NCBI GenBank assembly: GCA_046290225.1 | Contig: JBKAGE010000078.1 | Location: 416,001 to 480,000, forward strand | Origin: Bradymonadia bacterium | GTDB lineage: Bacteria; Myxococcota_A; Bradymonadia; UBA7976; UBA1532 | Length of the DNA: 64,000 bases | Direction: 5' to 3' | In this document: one piece after another, positions 22,501 through 37,500 of the stretch | Layout: each line of letters begins with the position of its first letter | Position numbering within the stretch: the first letter of the stretch is position 1 | The notes under the pieces: model-generated | The model's input: the letters and a program-made list of their open reading frames with translations, nothing else | The model's database searches: none | Told to the model about the DNA's origin: nothing | Position numbers and translations under genes: made by a program

Positions 22501-25500
22501 CCGCTTCCGCGTACTCACCCGAGACAGCTCCAACAACGTCTCCGCTGGTGTAGCGACGGATGATCTTACGCCCGATGCCAACCTGTTCAACCAGGTGAGC
22601 GGCACCATCTCCAGCGACACGGTGTGGAGCGCTGGTGTGTTCTATGTCTCCAGCGACCTCACCATCAACGACGGCGCCACCCTGTACATCGAGCCTGGCG
22701 TCGTGGTGAAGCTCAAGAGCAGTGTCCGGATTCTGGTGCGCGGTGGCTTCCAGGCCATCGGTACCGCCCAGGCTCCGATCACCATCACCGCCTACGCCGA
22801 CGACTCGGTGGGTGGCGACACCAACAAGGATGGCCCCTCTCAGGGCACGCCTGGCGCCTGGGAGCGCATCCAGTTCGACTACGCCGATGATTCGGTCCTC
22901 CGGCACGTGAACATCCGCTACGCCGGTCAGGGGAACATCAGCTCCATCTACGCCCACCGCTCCAACTACGAGCTCACTGACGTCACCATCACCGACAGCA
23001 GCTCCCACGGCATCTATAACGACTCGGCCTCCCCCACGATCCGCCGCACGGTCATCACCGACTGCAACAACGAGGGCATCTACCTCAACGGGACCAACGG
23101 CAGTGCCCCGGTGATCACCGATACCCGAGTGGAGCGCTGCAGCCACGGCTTGCGCTTCTCCAGCGCTGGCCCGGTCCTGGAGAACAACACCCTCCGCGAC
23201 AACGTGGGCTATGGCATCTACTTCAACAACACCACCAGTGGTCCGGTCATCCGTGGGAACACCATCGACGGCAACCGCACCGGCGTACGGCTCCCGTTCG
23301 CCATGGTGCCGAGCGTCGAAGACGGCAACGTCATCGGGCCCAACGATCGCGATGTGCTCGAGATCGTCGGCAACAGCCGCAGCACTTCCTTGGAGCTGGG
23401 CACCGACCACGTCTACTACGTCGTCTCCGGTGACGCATCGGTGGCCAGCGGCGCGGCCCTCACGCTGCAGCCCGGTGTGATCTGGAAGAGCCAGGGCAGG
23501 CTGCGGATCTACGGTGGCCTGTACGCCGTAGGCACCGCCGAGTCGCCCATCATCATGACTTCGTACCGCGACGACGAGTTCGGCGGCGACACCAACAATA
23601 ACGGGCTGTCTTCCGGCGCCCCCGCCGACTGGCGCGAGCTGCGCATCGAGTCCACCGCCCTGGTCTTCCTGACCCGGCTCGAGCACGTCCACACGCGCTA
23701 CGGTCGCGGCCTGGTCATCGACACCCAGCGCGACATCGTGGTTCGGAACAGCAAGTTCAACCATCACAGTGGCAATGGGTTGAACAGCAACAACGCCTCA
23801 CCGACCATCATCGACAGTGAGTTCAACCACAACACCAGCCTCGGCATGTACTTCGGGCATGGTGGCAGCCCCACCCTGATCGGCAACACCGTGTCGAACA
23901 ACGGCACCGACGGCATTCAGTCGTACGCGCCTTTCGCCGCCTTCGATGACAACACAGTCACCGACAACAGCACCTGGGGCGTGCGGTTCCTGCACAACGT
24001 GCATACGGCCAAGCCCACGGGCAACGTCATCACCGGCAACCGCCACTCGATGTACATCTCGGCCCGCTCGCTGCCCAACCCCGAGGACAACAACGTCTTC
24101 GCCCCGAACGAGGTCAACGGGTTGTGGATATACGGCGACGTGGTCAGCCGGGATCTGAACCTCTCGGTGCAGCAGGCGGAGGTCAATGGTCCGGCCCTGA
24201 CCACCTACGTGATCAATGGCAGCCTCAACATCAACAACGGGTACACCCTGGACATCGGCCCGGGCACCATCTTCAAGTTCAGCAGCACCAGCGGGCGCCT
24301 CTACATCTACAGCGATGCCACGCTCAATGTTGCTGGCACCGCCGAGCAGCCGGTGTACTTCACCTCCGACGAGGACGACATCGGCGGGGATATCAACCGC
24401 GACGGTGACAGCAATGTTGGCCAACCCGGCCAGTGGGATCACATCTACATTCAGGGCACGGCCAACATCGATCATGCCCACATCCGGTACACGAACGATG
24501 GCAGCAGCGCGCTGTACTTCAGCGGGGCCACCGCCCTCGTCCGCAACAGTATCATCAGCGACTCGCGGTACGACGGCATCCAGGCGCACAGCTCCAACCT
24601 GACCCTGGAGAACACCTCGGTCTACGGCAACCTGCGCCGCGGCATCTACCTGAGCAACTCCGAGACCACCATCACCGGTGGTGAGATCATCGCCAACACC
24701 TCCCACGGCATCGAGTCCGTGAACCACGTGTCCACCAACGTCAGCGGGACCTCCATCTTCGCCAACCAGGGCGTGGGCTTCACCAGCAACCGCGCCTCCA
24801 CCGCGCGTAACGTGTGGTGGGGCGCCGCCGACGGCCCTTCTGGTGAGGGCTCGGGCGCCGGCGACGACGTGAGCGCCAACGTAGACTTCGCCGACCATCT
24901 TCAAGATGGCCGACGCTTCCTCTACATCGACGCAGGGCCCACCGTCAGCACCGATGGTGATCTGGTGAACGCTCCGGTGGTGGCTCAGGGCACCCCGACG
25001 ACGGACTGGGGCAACTCCCCCTCTACGCGCTCGCTCTACGATGCTGATGAGGTCCGGTTGGAGTTCGACGAGATCGCCGGTGGGTCCTCCTTGGAGGTCA
25101 TCGCCCGGTACCTCAACGCCGACAGCGCCAGCGCCGTGGGCGGCAACCGCCAGACCATGCAGCTCGGCGACGGCACTCAGGTCCACGGGGCCACGGCCGT
25201 GGGCGCCAGCTACGCCCAGACGCGTCGGGCCTTCCTGCCCAGCGTCGCGGGCCCGCTGACCCTCAAGGTCGTCCGCGAGAGTGGCTACCGCACCGCCTTC
25301 TCCGAGATGTGGCTCATGGAGAGCGCCGGGAGCGCCGACAGCGATGCCCCCATCTCCCAGATCACCTCGCCGGCCCCTGGGCAGTCCCTCAGCGGCAGCG
25401 TGTTCATCATCACCGGTGTCGTCGCCGACACCAGCGCACTCCACGCCGTAGAGATCGGAGTGGACTCGGGTGGCGGCCCCAGCTGGCGTCCCGTGACCCA

Positions 25501-28500
25501 ATGGGCGCCTGACGGCAGCTTCAACTACCGCTGGTCCCTCCCTGAGGACGGCAACTACACCCTCTACGCCCGCGCCACGGACGCCGCTGGCAACGTCGAG
25601 GTGCCCGCGGCGGGCGTTCTGGTGACCATCGACCGTCATCCCCCGGAGCCGGTGGAGTCGGTGGGCGCCACCGTCACCGTGGATGGCCAGGACACCCACA
25701 TCACCGTGGGCTGGAGCCTGTCACCTGATGATGGTGCTGGCGACGACGACGTGGCCGAGTACATCATCGAGCGTCGCATCGAGGGCCTGGTCGACTTCGA
25801 CCCTGTAGGCACGACAGCGGGTGGCGCCGATCGCTTAGTGGACACCACCGTCGTGGCCGGAGTGCCCTACGAGTACCGCGTCATCACTGTGGACGATGCC
25901 GGCAACCAGACCCCTTCCAACGCAGTGAGCTCCGGGGTGGCCACCACCGACGGAGTGGATGCCACCATCCCCGCAGACGCCACCGATCTCGTGGCCACCG
26001 CCGGCAATGCGTCGGTGAGCCTGAGCTGGACCGCCAGCGTGGACGAGGATCTGGACATCTTCCTGCAGCAGGTCTCCGTCTCTGCCGACGGCGGCATCAC
26101 CTGGGGCGCCAACGCGCCGCTCTTCAATGACGGGCAGGCGTTCACCTTCAGCAACCGACTGACCAACTACCTCGTGGGCGGCCTCACCAACGGGAGCCCC
26201 TACCACTTCCGTCTGCAAATGGTGGATGCCGCGGGCAACACCTCTCCTGGCATTCAAGCGGGCCCGACCACGCCGACTGAGGACGCCTTCATTCGGATCT
26301 CGAGCCACATCTCCACTGACGCCCGCTGGGCCGCTGGCGTCTTCGTCGTCGCCGGTGACATCCAGGTGCGCTCCGGGGCCACCCTCACCATCGACCGTGG
26401 GGTCATCGTCAAGTTCGAGCCCGGCAGCAGCCTGCGTGTGCAGAGCGGCAGCCGTCTCATCGCCAACGGTGTTGCCGGTGACGAGATCGTCTTCACCTCG
26501 GTGCGAGACGACTCTGTGGGCGGCGACACCAATGGTGATGGTGACAGCAGCGCGCCGGCGGCCAACGACTGGGAGAACGTGATGTTCTCCGACGCCGCCG
26601 ACGGCAACCGCATGAGCCACTTCGTGCTGCGGTACGCCGGCAGTCGGGGCATTGGCGGCCTCTACTCTGAGCGCAGCAGCGTCGCGATCACCGACTGCTC
26701 CATCAGCAGCACCAGCTCCTACGGCATCTACTTCTACCAGGGCGGCGCCTCAGAGATCTCCCGCTGCGACATCTCCAACACCACGCATTCCGGGATCTAC
26801 GCCTTCCAGGCCACGATGGACATGGAAGACAACGAGATCTTCGAGACCAACCACGGCATCGAGGTCTACTCCGGCACCACCGAGATCATCGGTAACACCC
26901 TTCGGGACAACCGCGGCCACGGCGTCTTCTTCCACACCGTGGGGGCCACCTCCGTCCTGGAGGACAACGTCATCACCCGGAACGTCACCCCAGTCCGAGT
27001 GCCCTTCTCGGCGATGCCCGGTCTCGGTTCTGGCAACGTGATGACCGACAACAGCCGCGCGGTCATCGAGGTCTACGGCGCCACGCGCAACGACTCGCTG
27101 GAGGTCACGCCCTCCCACGTGATCCATCAGTACAGCGGCAACTCCACACTGAGCGCCGGCGTGGTGCTCCGCGTGCAGCCCGGTGTGGTGTGGAAGTTCA
27201 CGGGTGGCCGCCTCGACATTTATGGCGCCCTCTACGCGGTGGGCACCGCTGAGGAGCCGATCTACTTCACCTCATACCGCGATGACGCCGTGGGCGGTGA
27301 CACCAACAACAACGGCACCACCACCGGTGTGGCCGGCGACTGGGACCGACTGTACGTCCGCAGCCAGAGCTTGAGCTTCCTCACGCGGCTGGAGCACGTG
27401 CACGTCCGTTATGGCGATGGTCTCTTGATCGAGAACTCCCCCATCAACGTGGTGGACAGCCGCATCGACCACAGCGCCCAGCAGTGCGTTTACGTCGACC
27501 GGAACGCCCCGGTCATCACCAACACCTACATGGGCGACTGTCGCCACGACGTCATCTACGCCCAGAGCGCCAGCCCTGTCCTCATCGGCAACACCATGGA
27601 GCGGGGTACCAACGGCCTCAACGCCACGTGGTCGACGGCCACCCTCGAGAACAACATCTTCCGGGACAACCGGGACTGGGGTGTCTGGTTCAACCAGAAC
27701 ACCACGATGCCTGTCATGACGGGCAACACGGTCACCGGCAACCTGCGCAGCGTCCACATTCCGATCTCTGGTGTGCCCAACACCGAAGACGGCAACACCT
27801 TCGTGCCCAACGAGATTGACGGCCTCTTCATTCGCGGGGGTACCCGCAGCACGCCGCTGCGCCTCTCGGTGCAGACCGTCGGCGATCGCAGCATGAACAG
27901 CTACTACTTCGAGAACGTGACCATGAACGCCCCCATGGTCATTGATCCCGGGGTGGTGCTGAAGTTCCCCGACGGCCATCGGCTGACCATGCAGGACACG
28001 CTCACCGCAGTGGGTACCGCCGCTGAGCCGATCTACTTCACGTCCTACCGCGATGACGCCATCGGCGGCGACATGAACAACGATGGCACCTCCACCCCGT
28101 ACGCCGGCGCGTGGCGGAACGTCTGGCTCAACAACAGCGACGGCCACGTCATCGACCACGCCGAGTTCCGGTTCTGCGGTAGCAGCACTGCCTGCCTCGA
28201 TGTGGACAACGCCACGCTGACCCTGAGCAACTCCACCATCATGTCCTCCCGCTACCAGGGCATCGATGCCTGGCGCTCCAGCACGACGATGACCAACGTG
28301 GACGTCCTCGGGCACCGGGGTCACGGCATCTACCTGCACGACTCCGGCACCCACGACATCAGCAACAGCCGCATCTTCGGCAACATCGGCGATGGCATTC
28401 AGAGCCACAACACGGTGGTGGTCACCGCCCGGAACGTGGAGTTCTTCGCCAACGGCGGCAATCATATCCGGCACAACGGCAACCAGCCGATGGACGCCCA

Positions 28501-31500
28501 GCAGTGCTGGTGGGGTGATCCGGTGGGCCCTGCTGACCGGGTCAGCGGCAACGTCGACACCACCAACTTCCTGAACGACGGCACCGAGTACAGCTGGCTG
28601 GACGCCGGCCCGAACGAGACCCTCTCCTACGGCATCAACACCCCTGTGTACGAGGGCTTGACCTCTACGGTCTGGGGCACCGGTGTGGACGAGGATGTGC
28701 TGTACGATGCTGAGGACCAGCAGCTCACCGTCTCTTACAACGGCATGGACGAGAACAAGTCCTTCCGAGCGCTGGTGGGCTACTACAACGGTGACGCCCG
28801 AACCACGGTTCAGACCCTCACCGACTTCGCCGGCCAGGTCATCCACGGCCCCATGCCTCTGCCCACTGGGCGGGCCACCCGCTTCCAGTACGGTCTGCCC
28901 CGTGCCGCTGGTGGCCAGCTTCAGCTGCTCTTCACCGCGACGCAGGGTGAGCGCGCCCTGCTGTCGAGCATTCTGCTCTTCGCCGACAACAGCGTGGACA
29001 CCACCGCCCCCACGGTGACCATCGCCCGACCCGAAGCCAGCGACATCCTGTCCGCCGACACCCACAGCATCGGCGGCGTCGTCTCCGACGACGACACTGT
29101 CGTCAGCGTCGAGGTGGGCATCGAAAAGGACGGGGCGCTGACCTGGCACCGCGCAGACAACTTCAGCAACGGCCACTGGCAGTTCCGCTGGAACCCCTCT
29201 GAGGGTGTCTACACGCTCCGGGCCCGCGCTCTGGATCAGACAGGCAACCTCGGGGTGGCCAGCCCGGTCACCGTCACCGTGGACACCACTCCGCCCCTCG
29301 CCCCCACCAACCTCCGGGTCAACCAGGTGGCTGGCGCCTTGCGGGCCACCTGGTCGCGCTCCTTCGAGGACGCCAGCGGCCAGAACGGAGTCGTGCGCTA
29401 CGACATTCTGCGGAGCACGCGCCTGGACGACGAGTACGTGGCCATTGGTCAGGTGCCCGCCGGCGTGGCCCAGTACGACGATCTCAACGTGCAGAACGGT
29501 GAGCTCTGGCACTACCGGGTCCGTGCCGTGGACGCTGCGGGCAACACCGCCACCAGCAGCCCCTACGGCCCGGTTGAGGTGAACCAGAGCTTCGATGACA
29601 CCCCGCCGGAGGAGGCCTCGAACCTCACGGCTCAGGCCAGCCACCTCGACGGCGTCACCTCTGCCTTCCTGCGGTGGAGTGGCAGCCCAGACAGCGACGG
29701 CGATCTGATCGGGTATCGGATCTCGGTCTCCGCCGACAACGGCACCACCTGGGGCTCCTTGGCCCCGGCCTTCAACAACAACGCCTACACGACCGTGGGC
29801 ACGGCCATCCGCAGCCACCAGATCCCAGGTCTCTCCGTGGGCAGCACCTACACCTTCCGGATTCAGGCGGTGGACGCCTCCCAGAACGTGAGCGCGGGAA
29901 TCACCACGGACCTCACCGTCAACGGCGGCGAGTTCATCGAGCTGAGCGGCAACATTCAGGGCACCACCACCCTCGGCGCCGGTGTCTACGTCTTCAACTC
30001 AGTCACCGTGCCTCAGGGTGCACAGCTGCTCTTCGGCCCCGGCGCGATCATCAAGATGCGCTCCAACACACGCCTCAACGTGCAGGGCCTGATGCGGGCC
30101 GTGGGCTCCGAGCAGCAGCCCGTCGTCTTCACCGCCTTCGATGATGACTCCATCGGCGGCGACACCAACGGCGATGGCTTCTCGGAGAGCGCCCCTGGTT
30201 ACTGGCGCGGCATCTACTTCTACAACACCGCCGATCATCTGCGCTCTCTGATGCAGTTCGCCGAGATCCGGTTCGGTGGCCGCTCGGGTCAGGCCTCGTT
30301 GAGCGTCGAAGCCTCCATGGAGATCACGGACACCCGGATCCTCGACGGCGACGCCTACGGCATCTACGTACACAACTCCACCCCCACCTTCCGACGGGTG
30401 GAGGTGCGCAATCACCGGCTCGACGGGGTCTACCTGACCTCCGCCAACGCCCACCTTGAAGACTGCGTGGTGGCGGAGAATGACAACCACGGTGTCTTCA
30501 CGCAGTTCAGCCACCCCGGCTTCGAGGGCTGCGAGATCACCGACAACGCCAAGTACGGCATCTACTATGCCTATGCTGGCTACTCAGTTGCGACGTTCAA
30601 CAACAACACCATCACGGGCAACCACACCAGCGTCCGTATCCCGGTGAACGGCCTCACTGGTGAGAACAACGTCCTCACCCCGAACACCCGCGCGGTGGTC
30701 GAGATCTCCGGTCAGACGGTGAGCTCGGATCTGCGCCTCAGCGTGCTCGCCGACGACACCCCCGATCGGATGAACACCTACTACCTGATCTCCGACATGA
30801 CCATGGCCGGCGGCACCCGGATCGAGTTCGACCCCGGCGTGGTGATGAAGTTCGGCGCCAACGCCCGACTCACCGTACGTGGCGAGATCGCCGCTCGAGG
30901 CACCCTGGCGCAGAAGGTGGTCTTCACCTCATACAAGGACGAGCAGCACGGCTACGATCTCACCAGCGACTCCACGCTGCCGGTGAGCGGCGAGTGGGAT
31001 GGTGTGTACCTCAACCGCGATGGCTTCGCCCCGCCCTCGCGGCTGGAGCACACCATCATCCGCTACGCCGACTACAACTTGTATGTTCAGAACGGGTTCC
31101 AGGTCCTCTCCACGGACTGCGAGCTCACCAACGCCCAGCACGATGGTCTCTACGCCTACATCGCCGATGTCGAGCTCATCGGCTGCCGCATCTGGGGCAA
31201 CTCCGGTGACGGCGCCGAGATCAACCACCCGAACACGTACGTGGCCATCACCTTCAGCCACATCTCGTCCAACGGCGAGGACGGCGTGGAGATCCACAAC
31301 AGCGGCCGGGCCGATCTGCAGAACAACCGCTTCTTCCAGAACGGCTCCCGGGCGCTGAACAACCGCACCGGCAACGTCATCGACGCTGGCCAGAGCTGGT
31401 GGGGTGACAACGACGGCAGCGGCCCCTACCACGCCGACGACAACCCCAACGGCATTGGCGACGGGGTGAGCGACAACGTCACGTTCTTGCCCTTCGTGGT

Positions 31501-34500
31501 CGATCCGCCCTTCGAGTACGGGTACCGCAACTTCTCGGCGAGCGCCCCGAGCACCGCCGGTGGCCTGCCGGCCCCCACCGTCACCTTCGGCACCATCGGT
31601 GAGGAGTCCGACGCCTGGGATGCACAGGCCCGCCCCCCGTACACCATGGCCTTCGACAACGAGCTGGTGCAGGTGTCCTTCACCGGTCTCGATCCGAACC
31701 GGCGCTACAAGGCCCGCGTGACCTACTACAACGGCGACGCCACCAACACCAACCAGAGCCTCGCCGATGGTGAGGGCCGGCCGATCCACCCGAGCTACAT
31801 CATGCCTCGGGCCCGACCGGTGCAGTACGAGTTCCCCATCGCCCAGGCCTACACCAGCAGCGGCGAGATGCAGCTCAACGTGGTGAACGAGAACCCCAAC
31901 AACTCCATCCGCGGGGCCATCTCCCAGGTGTGGATGATCGAGGATCTCGCCGAGGTGTCTCCGCCCCGCTTCGAGCTGGTGTCGTTCAACGACGTGGACG
32001 GCAGCGGTACCCTCACTGTGGGCGACGAGTATCACTTCCAGTTCTCCGAGGCGATGGACACCACCAACACCGTGGCCGACGCCCAACTGGTCATGGTGGG
32101 CGGTGGCAGCTACGGCAACGAGAACCAGGTGGCCTGGAGCCCCGATGAGCGCGTGGCGGTGGTCACCCTCAACGAGGGCTTCACCGTCAACGGCGATGAG
32201 CAGGTCACTCCGGTGGACATGTTCGACCCCTACGGCAACGCCGTGGTGGGCACCCAGGTCCTGTCGGACATCGACACCGTGGCCCCCACCTTCCTGGCCA
32301 TCGACTGGGTAGACGTGGACGACAACGGTCAAGGCAGCCTGGGCGATCAGCACATCTTCCGCTTCAGCGAGGCCATGGACACCACCATCATCGAGGGTGG
32401 GGTGGATGCCAACACCCACCTGCGCCCCCAGGGCAGCCGCCGCTACGGCAGCACCAACGTGGTGGAGTGGAGCGCTGATCGCCGGTCGGTCACGGTGACC
32501 ATGACCGAGGGCTACACCATCCAGGACAACGAGCTGGTGGTGCCCACCCGCTTCGTCACCGATGTGGCCGGCAACTCGGTCGTCGGCACGCAGAACCTCA
32601 GCGGTCGCGACGAGATCGCACCGGAGATGCTGGCCATCCGCTTCAACGACGCCAACGGCAACGGCGCGGTCTCCCTCGGTGACAGCTTCACCTTTGTCTT
32701 CAGCGAGCCCATGCGCACCGCACCGGTGTCCAACGGCACCACTGAGGCCAACATCAACCTGTCCCCTGCCGGCCGGCGCTACGGCACGGTGAACCAGGCC
32801 CGTTGGAACGCCGACAACACCGAGGTCACCGTGACGGTGACCCCGGGCTTCACCATCGTCGGCAACGAGCAGGTCGCACCGGCCCCCCTCATCGCCGACG
32901 TGGCAGGCAACACGGTGATCAACGGCCTGGCGCTGAACGTCCAGGACGTACAGCCCCCGAGCCTCGTGGAGATCAGCCCGCGCTACATCAGCCCGCTGAG
33001 CCCGGTGAGCGACTACCGCCTGACGCTGCGCTTCAACAGCGCCATGGATCCGAGCCAGCTGCCCAACATAGTCCTCAACAACGACGATGGCCCCAACCCC
33101 GTGGTGGTGGACGGCGAGTGGCTGACCACGCGTTACCCGAACGACACCTACACCACCGGGAACATCGACCTCACCGCGGATCACCACGGCATCCTCACGG
33201 TGGACGTCACCGACGCCACCGATGTGGCCGGGAACACCATGACCTCCGCCGAGGGGGCCTACACCCTAGATCTCGACGCCATCGAGCCCGCTGCCCCGAA
33301 CACTCAGATTCAGGTGCAGGGCTGTGACGCTGCCCGCCTCAGCTGGGCGGGCTACGACGCCCCCGAGGATCTCGCCGGCTTCCAGATTTACCGTGAAGGC
33401 GCCGCCTTCAACGAGGTGGACGGCGTGAGCCTGTTCGACCAGATCGCTTCGGATCGTCGGGAGTACACCCTGACCGGTCTGCAGCTGGACACCACCTACC
33501 ACGTGGGCGTGGCCGCCCTGGACCGGGTGACCAACTTCAGCGCCAACGTGGTCTCTCAGGCCGTGCGCATCGATCAGGTGGTGCCTCCGGCAGTGCCTGT
33601 GAGTCTCGCCGCCGGCGCTGATCCCACAACGGTGGTGGTTCGCTGGAATGGCTACAACGCCAGCGCCTACTGCGGCCTGGCAGGCTTCCGGGTGTACCTG
33701 CAAGAGGCGAACTTCAACGACGTGGGCGCCCTGGCCCCCGTCTCCACCCTCGGTGCCGAAGCGACTCAGACCGAGCTCGTGGGCCTCGCCCGGGATCGCG
33801 TCTACTACATCGCCGTCGTGGCCTTCAACGAGGCCGGCGAGGCGCTGAACGCGGTGAACACCCGCGAGTGGACCGACCCCCTCTCCGGTGCGGTCTCCAG
33901 CGATCTCACCCTGGGCAACGGCGCCCAGCGCGTCATCGACGTGAACGAGACCATGGTGGTGGTGGGCGGCGCGGTGGTCACCATCGCCCCAGGGACCACG
34001 GTGCGCTTCGGCCCCGACGCCGGCATCGTGGTGCAGGACGGCGCCCTCGTCGCCGAAGGCACCGTCTTCGAGCCCATCCTGCTCACCAGCCAGAACCACA
34101 CCCCTGCCCGGGGTGACTGGAGCGGTGTGGAGCTCACGGCGGGTGCCGGCGGCTCCATCTTGAACCATGTCGCCTTGGAGTACGGCGAGGGCCTCACCAT
34201 CGACGGCTCCAGCCCCTCGGTGGAGAACTTCACCGCTCGTCATAACCAGGGCTCCGGCATCAGCGTCAGCGGCGGGAACCTGGACCTCAGCGACGACACC
34301 CTCCTGACCTTCAACGACACGGGCATGTCGGTGGGTGCTGGCGGCAACTTCAACATCACCGGCAGCGTCATCAAGAACAACACCGTCAACGCGCTCAACG
34401 ACGGTGGCACCCTCACCGCCGAGGGCAACTGGTGGGGCTCCCTGGACGCGGGCACCATCGCCGGCGGTGTGCAGGGCGCCGTGAGCACCGACAACTTCCT

Positions 34501-37500
34501 CGACTATGAGCCGGTGCTCTCCCCTGCGGTCCGCGTGGCCGGTGGCGAGACCCTGGTGGTGCGACGCCGCATCAACCTCGACCTCACCGCCCGCAACGCC
34601 GTGGAGATGCGGTTCAGCGAGGACGACACCTTCAATGGTGTGTTCTTCGACGACTTCGCCACCACGGGGGAGCACCTCGTCTCCAGCGGCTCCGGGGCCA
34701 AGACCATCTACGCCCAGTTCCGCAGCATCACCGGCACCAACTCGGCGCCGGTGGCCTTCGTCTTCGACTTCGACACCACCGAGCCGGTCATCGACAACTT
34801 CAGCCTCGAAGAGGGCCAGGTCGTCGGGCGTCCCATCGAGGTGGTGGGCCAGGCCTCCTCAGGCATCGGCCTCACCCGTCTCGACATCGAGATCAACGGC
34901 GAGATCGTCTCCAGCAACGAAGTCTCCCCGGTGACCTACGCCTGGGACCCGCGTCAGTGGCCCGAGGGCATCTACACCGTCCGTCTGTGGGTGTACGACG
35001 TCGCCGAGAACGTCGTGGTCGTGGAGCGCACCGTGTTCGTCGAGCACCAGGCGCCGCCTCAGCCGGTCATCACCGATCCCCAAGATGGCCGTCTGTTCAA
35101 CGTGACCCAGATCAACATGCAGGGCACTGCAGAGCCCAACGTCACCGTAGACGTGAAGCGTGATGGCTTTACCGTCGGCCGGCCGGTCGCCGCAGCGAAC
35201 GGCATCTGGACCCTCGCCGACGTGGATCTGGTGGAGGGCACGCAGACCTTCGTGGCCCGCGCCGTAGACGAGATCGGCACCAGCCTGGCCTCCGAGGGCG
35301 TCACCGTGGCGCTGGACACCGGGGCGCCCGGTACGCCGGTGCTCACCGAGGCCCATCTCATCCTGGGTCGTGGTGTCATCGTAGGCTGGGAGCCTCCGGC
35401 ACAGGGCGAGGAAGCCGTCCGCTACGACGTCTACCGTCACGCCGTGGACTTCGGCAGCCCCGCCGAGGCCGTTCGGGTGGCTCAGAACATCGAGGAGCTG
35501 TCCTGGCTGGACGAGACCGGCGATGAGGGCAACTGGTACTACGCCGTCGTGGGTCTCGACACCCCCGGCAATGCCAGCGGCCTCTCCAACCGCCTCTCGG
35601 CACAGTACGACCTCACGCGGCCGGCCATCACCGTCAGCATCCCCGATCAGGCCAGCTTCGGCATCGGCCCCGTGGCGCTCACGGTGGAGTCCAGCGAGTC
35701 GCTGCAGCAGGCCCCCACCCTCACGGTGACCCCTCAGGGCGTCGGCCCAGTGGCGGTGAGCCTCGTCGAGGTGGGCGCGAACCGCTACACCGGTGTGTTC
35801 AACATCACCGGCGCCACCCCCTCCGGTCCGACAGTGCTCCGGGTCACCGCCACCGACGTGGTGGGCAACGTGTTCTCCGGCGCCCCTGTAGGGGCAGGCC
35901 CCGTGGTGGATACCCAGGGCCCCGAGGTCCAGTCGCTCACCTACAACGTGGATCCCCCAGTTCAGGTGCTCGACACCAAGGATGTGCAGGTGGATCTGGT
36001 GCTCGACGAGCCTGCGGCCATCGGCACCATCCCCAACATGACCTACGATCCGCCCATCGGGAACCCCGTGAACGTGGGCCTCGCGGGCTCTGGCGCCGTC
36101 TGGCGGGGTACCCTCCGCCTCACCTCGGCCATGGGCAGCGGCCTCGGCACCTTCAGCGTCACCGCTGAAGACACCTTCGGCAATATCCGGACCTCCCCCG
36201 GCGGCTCGCTGGAGATCTACGACGACGATGCCCCGAACCCCACCGTGCCCCCGTCGCTCACCTCGGCCACCAGCCGACCCGCAGGTGCCGTGGAGTTGCG
36301 GTGGAACGCCGTACCTCAGGCCAGCAGCTACAACGTCTACCGCAGCACCGGGAACTGCCCGGGTGACGGCTGGGTCGAGATCGCCAGCGGCATCAACGAC
36401 CTGACCTACACCGATACCCCTGAGACGGATGGCGTCTACTGCTATGGTCTGACCACCGATCGTCTCGGCGCAGAGAGTGGGGCCTCCAACCGCTTCAACG
36501 TCCTGTCCGATCGCGTGCCCCCCGAGGCGCCGACCAACCTCGCCGTGGTTCTGGCCCCTGCCGGTGTGCGGGTCACCTTTGACGCCTCACCCGGCGACGA
36601 GGTGCCCACCCGGTACCGTGTCCTGCGCAACGGCGATCAGATCCGCAGCCTCAACGGCGGCCTGAACACGTACACCTACAACGATCACCCCCCTGCTGGT
36701 GGTGACTTCGACTACACCATCGAGGCTCAGGACGGCGCCGGCAACACCGCCACCACCGCCCCCGAGACCTTCTCGCTGGCTGTGGGCGCCGTCACCCAGC
36801 TCGAGGTCCTGCTCGACCACTTTGAGCCCCCCCTCCTCACCTGGGGTCGCAGCGATCCGAACACCACCGGCTACCATGTGGAGCGTGGCGGTGTGCGGAT
36901 CACCCAGCAGCCCCTGCAGGAGCCCCGCTTCGTCGACGAGACCTACCCGGGCAACAACGTCGTGGAGTACGCCGTCATCGCCGTCAACGCCGAGGGGCAG
37001 GAGAGCCCGCCCCGAACCGTCAGCGTGAAGCCCGTCTTCTTGGACGTCTTCGCTGATCGCACGGTGTCGCACTACTTCAACCAGCTGCAGATCCAGCTCA
37101 TCAACTCCGACGGCGTTGTGCACGTCGACAGCATCGAGACCCAGATCACCGTCAACGGCGAGGAAGAGTTCCTCACCACCGACGAACTCGGTGTGGATGT
37201 TGCCGGCGCGCCCTTCGAGTTCATCCGGGTCTTCCCCACCTCGGCGAACCTGGATACCCGCATCGTCCGGGTCACCGCCCGCGTGAACAGCGAGGCAGCC
37301 ACGGTGCGGTACCGCCGCTTCGCCGCAGCCAACGTCTATCGCGCCCTGGGGCAGCTGGACCTTGTCGCCGCCGACACTCCGGTGGCCGGTACGCTCAGCA
37401 GCATCGAGGTGTGCATCAACAACCGCGGCCAAGCCCCCATGGACGTCGTCACCGCACGCGAGAACGGCAGCCAGCCTGGCGATCTCACTGTGGCGGTCAC

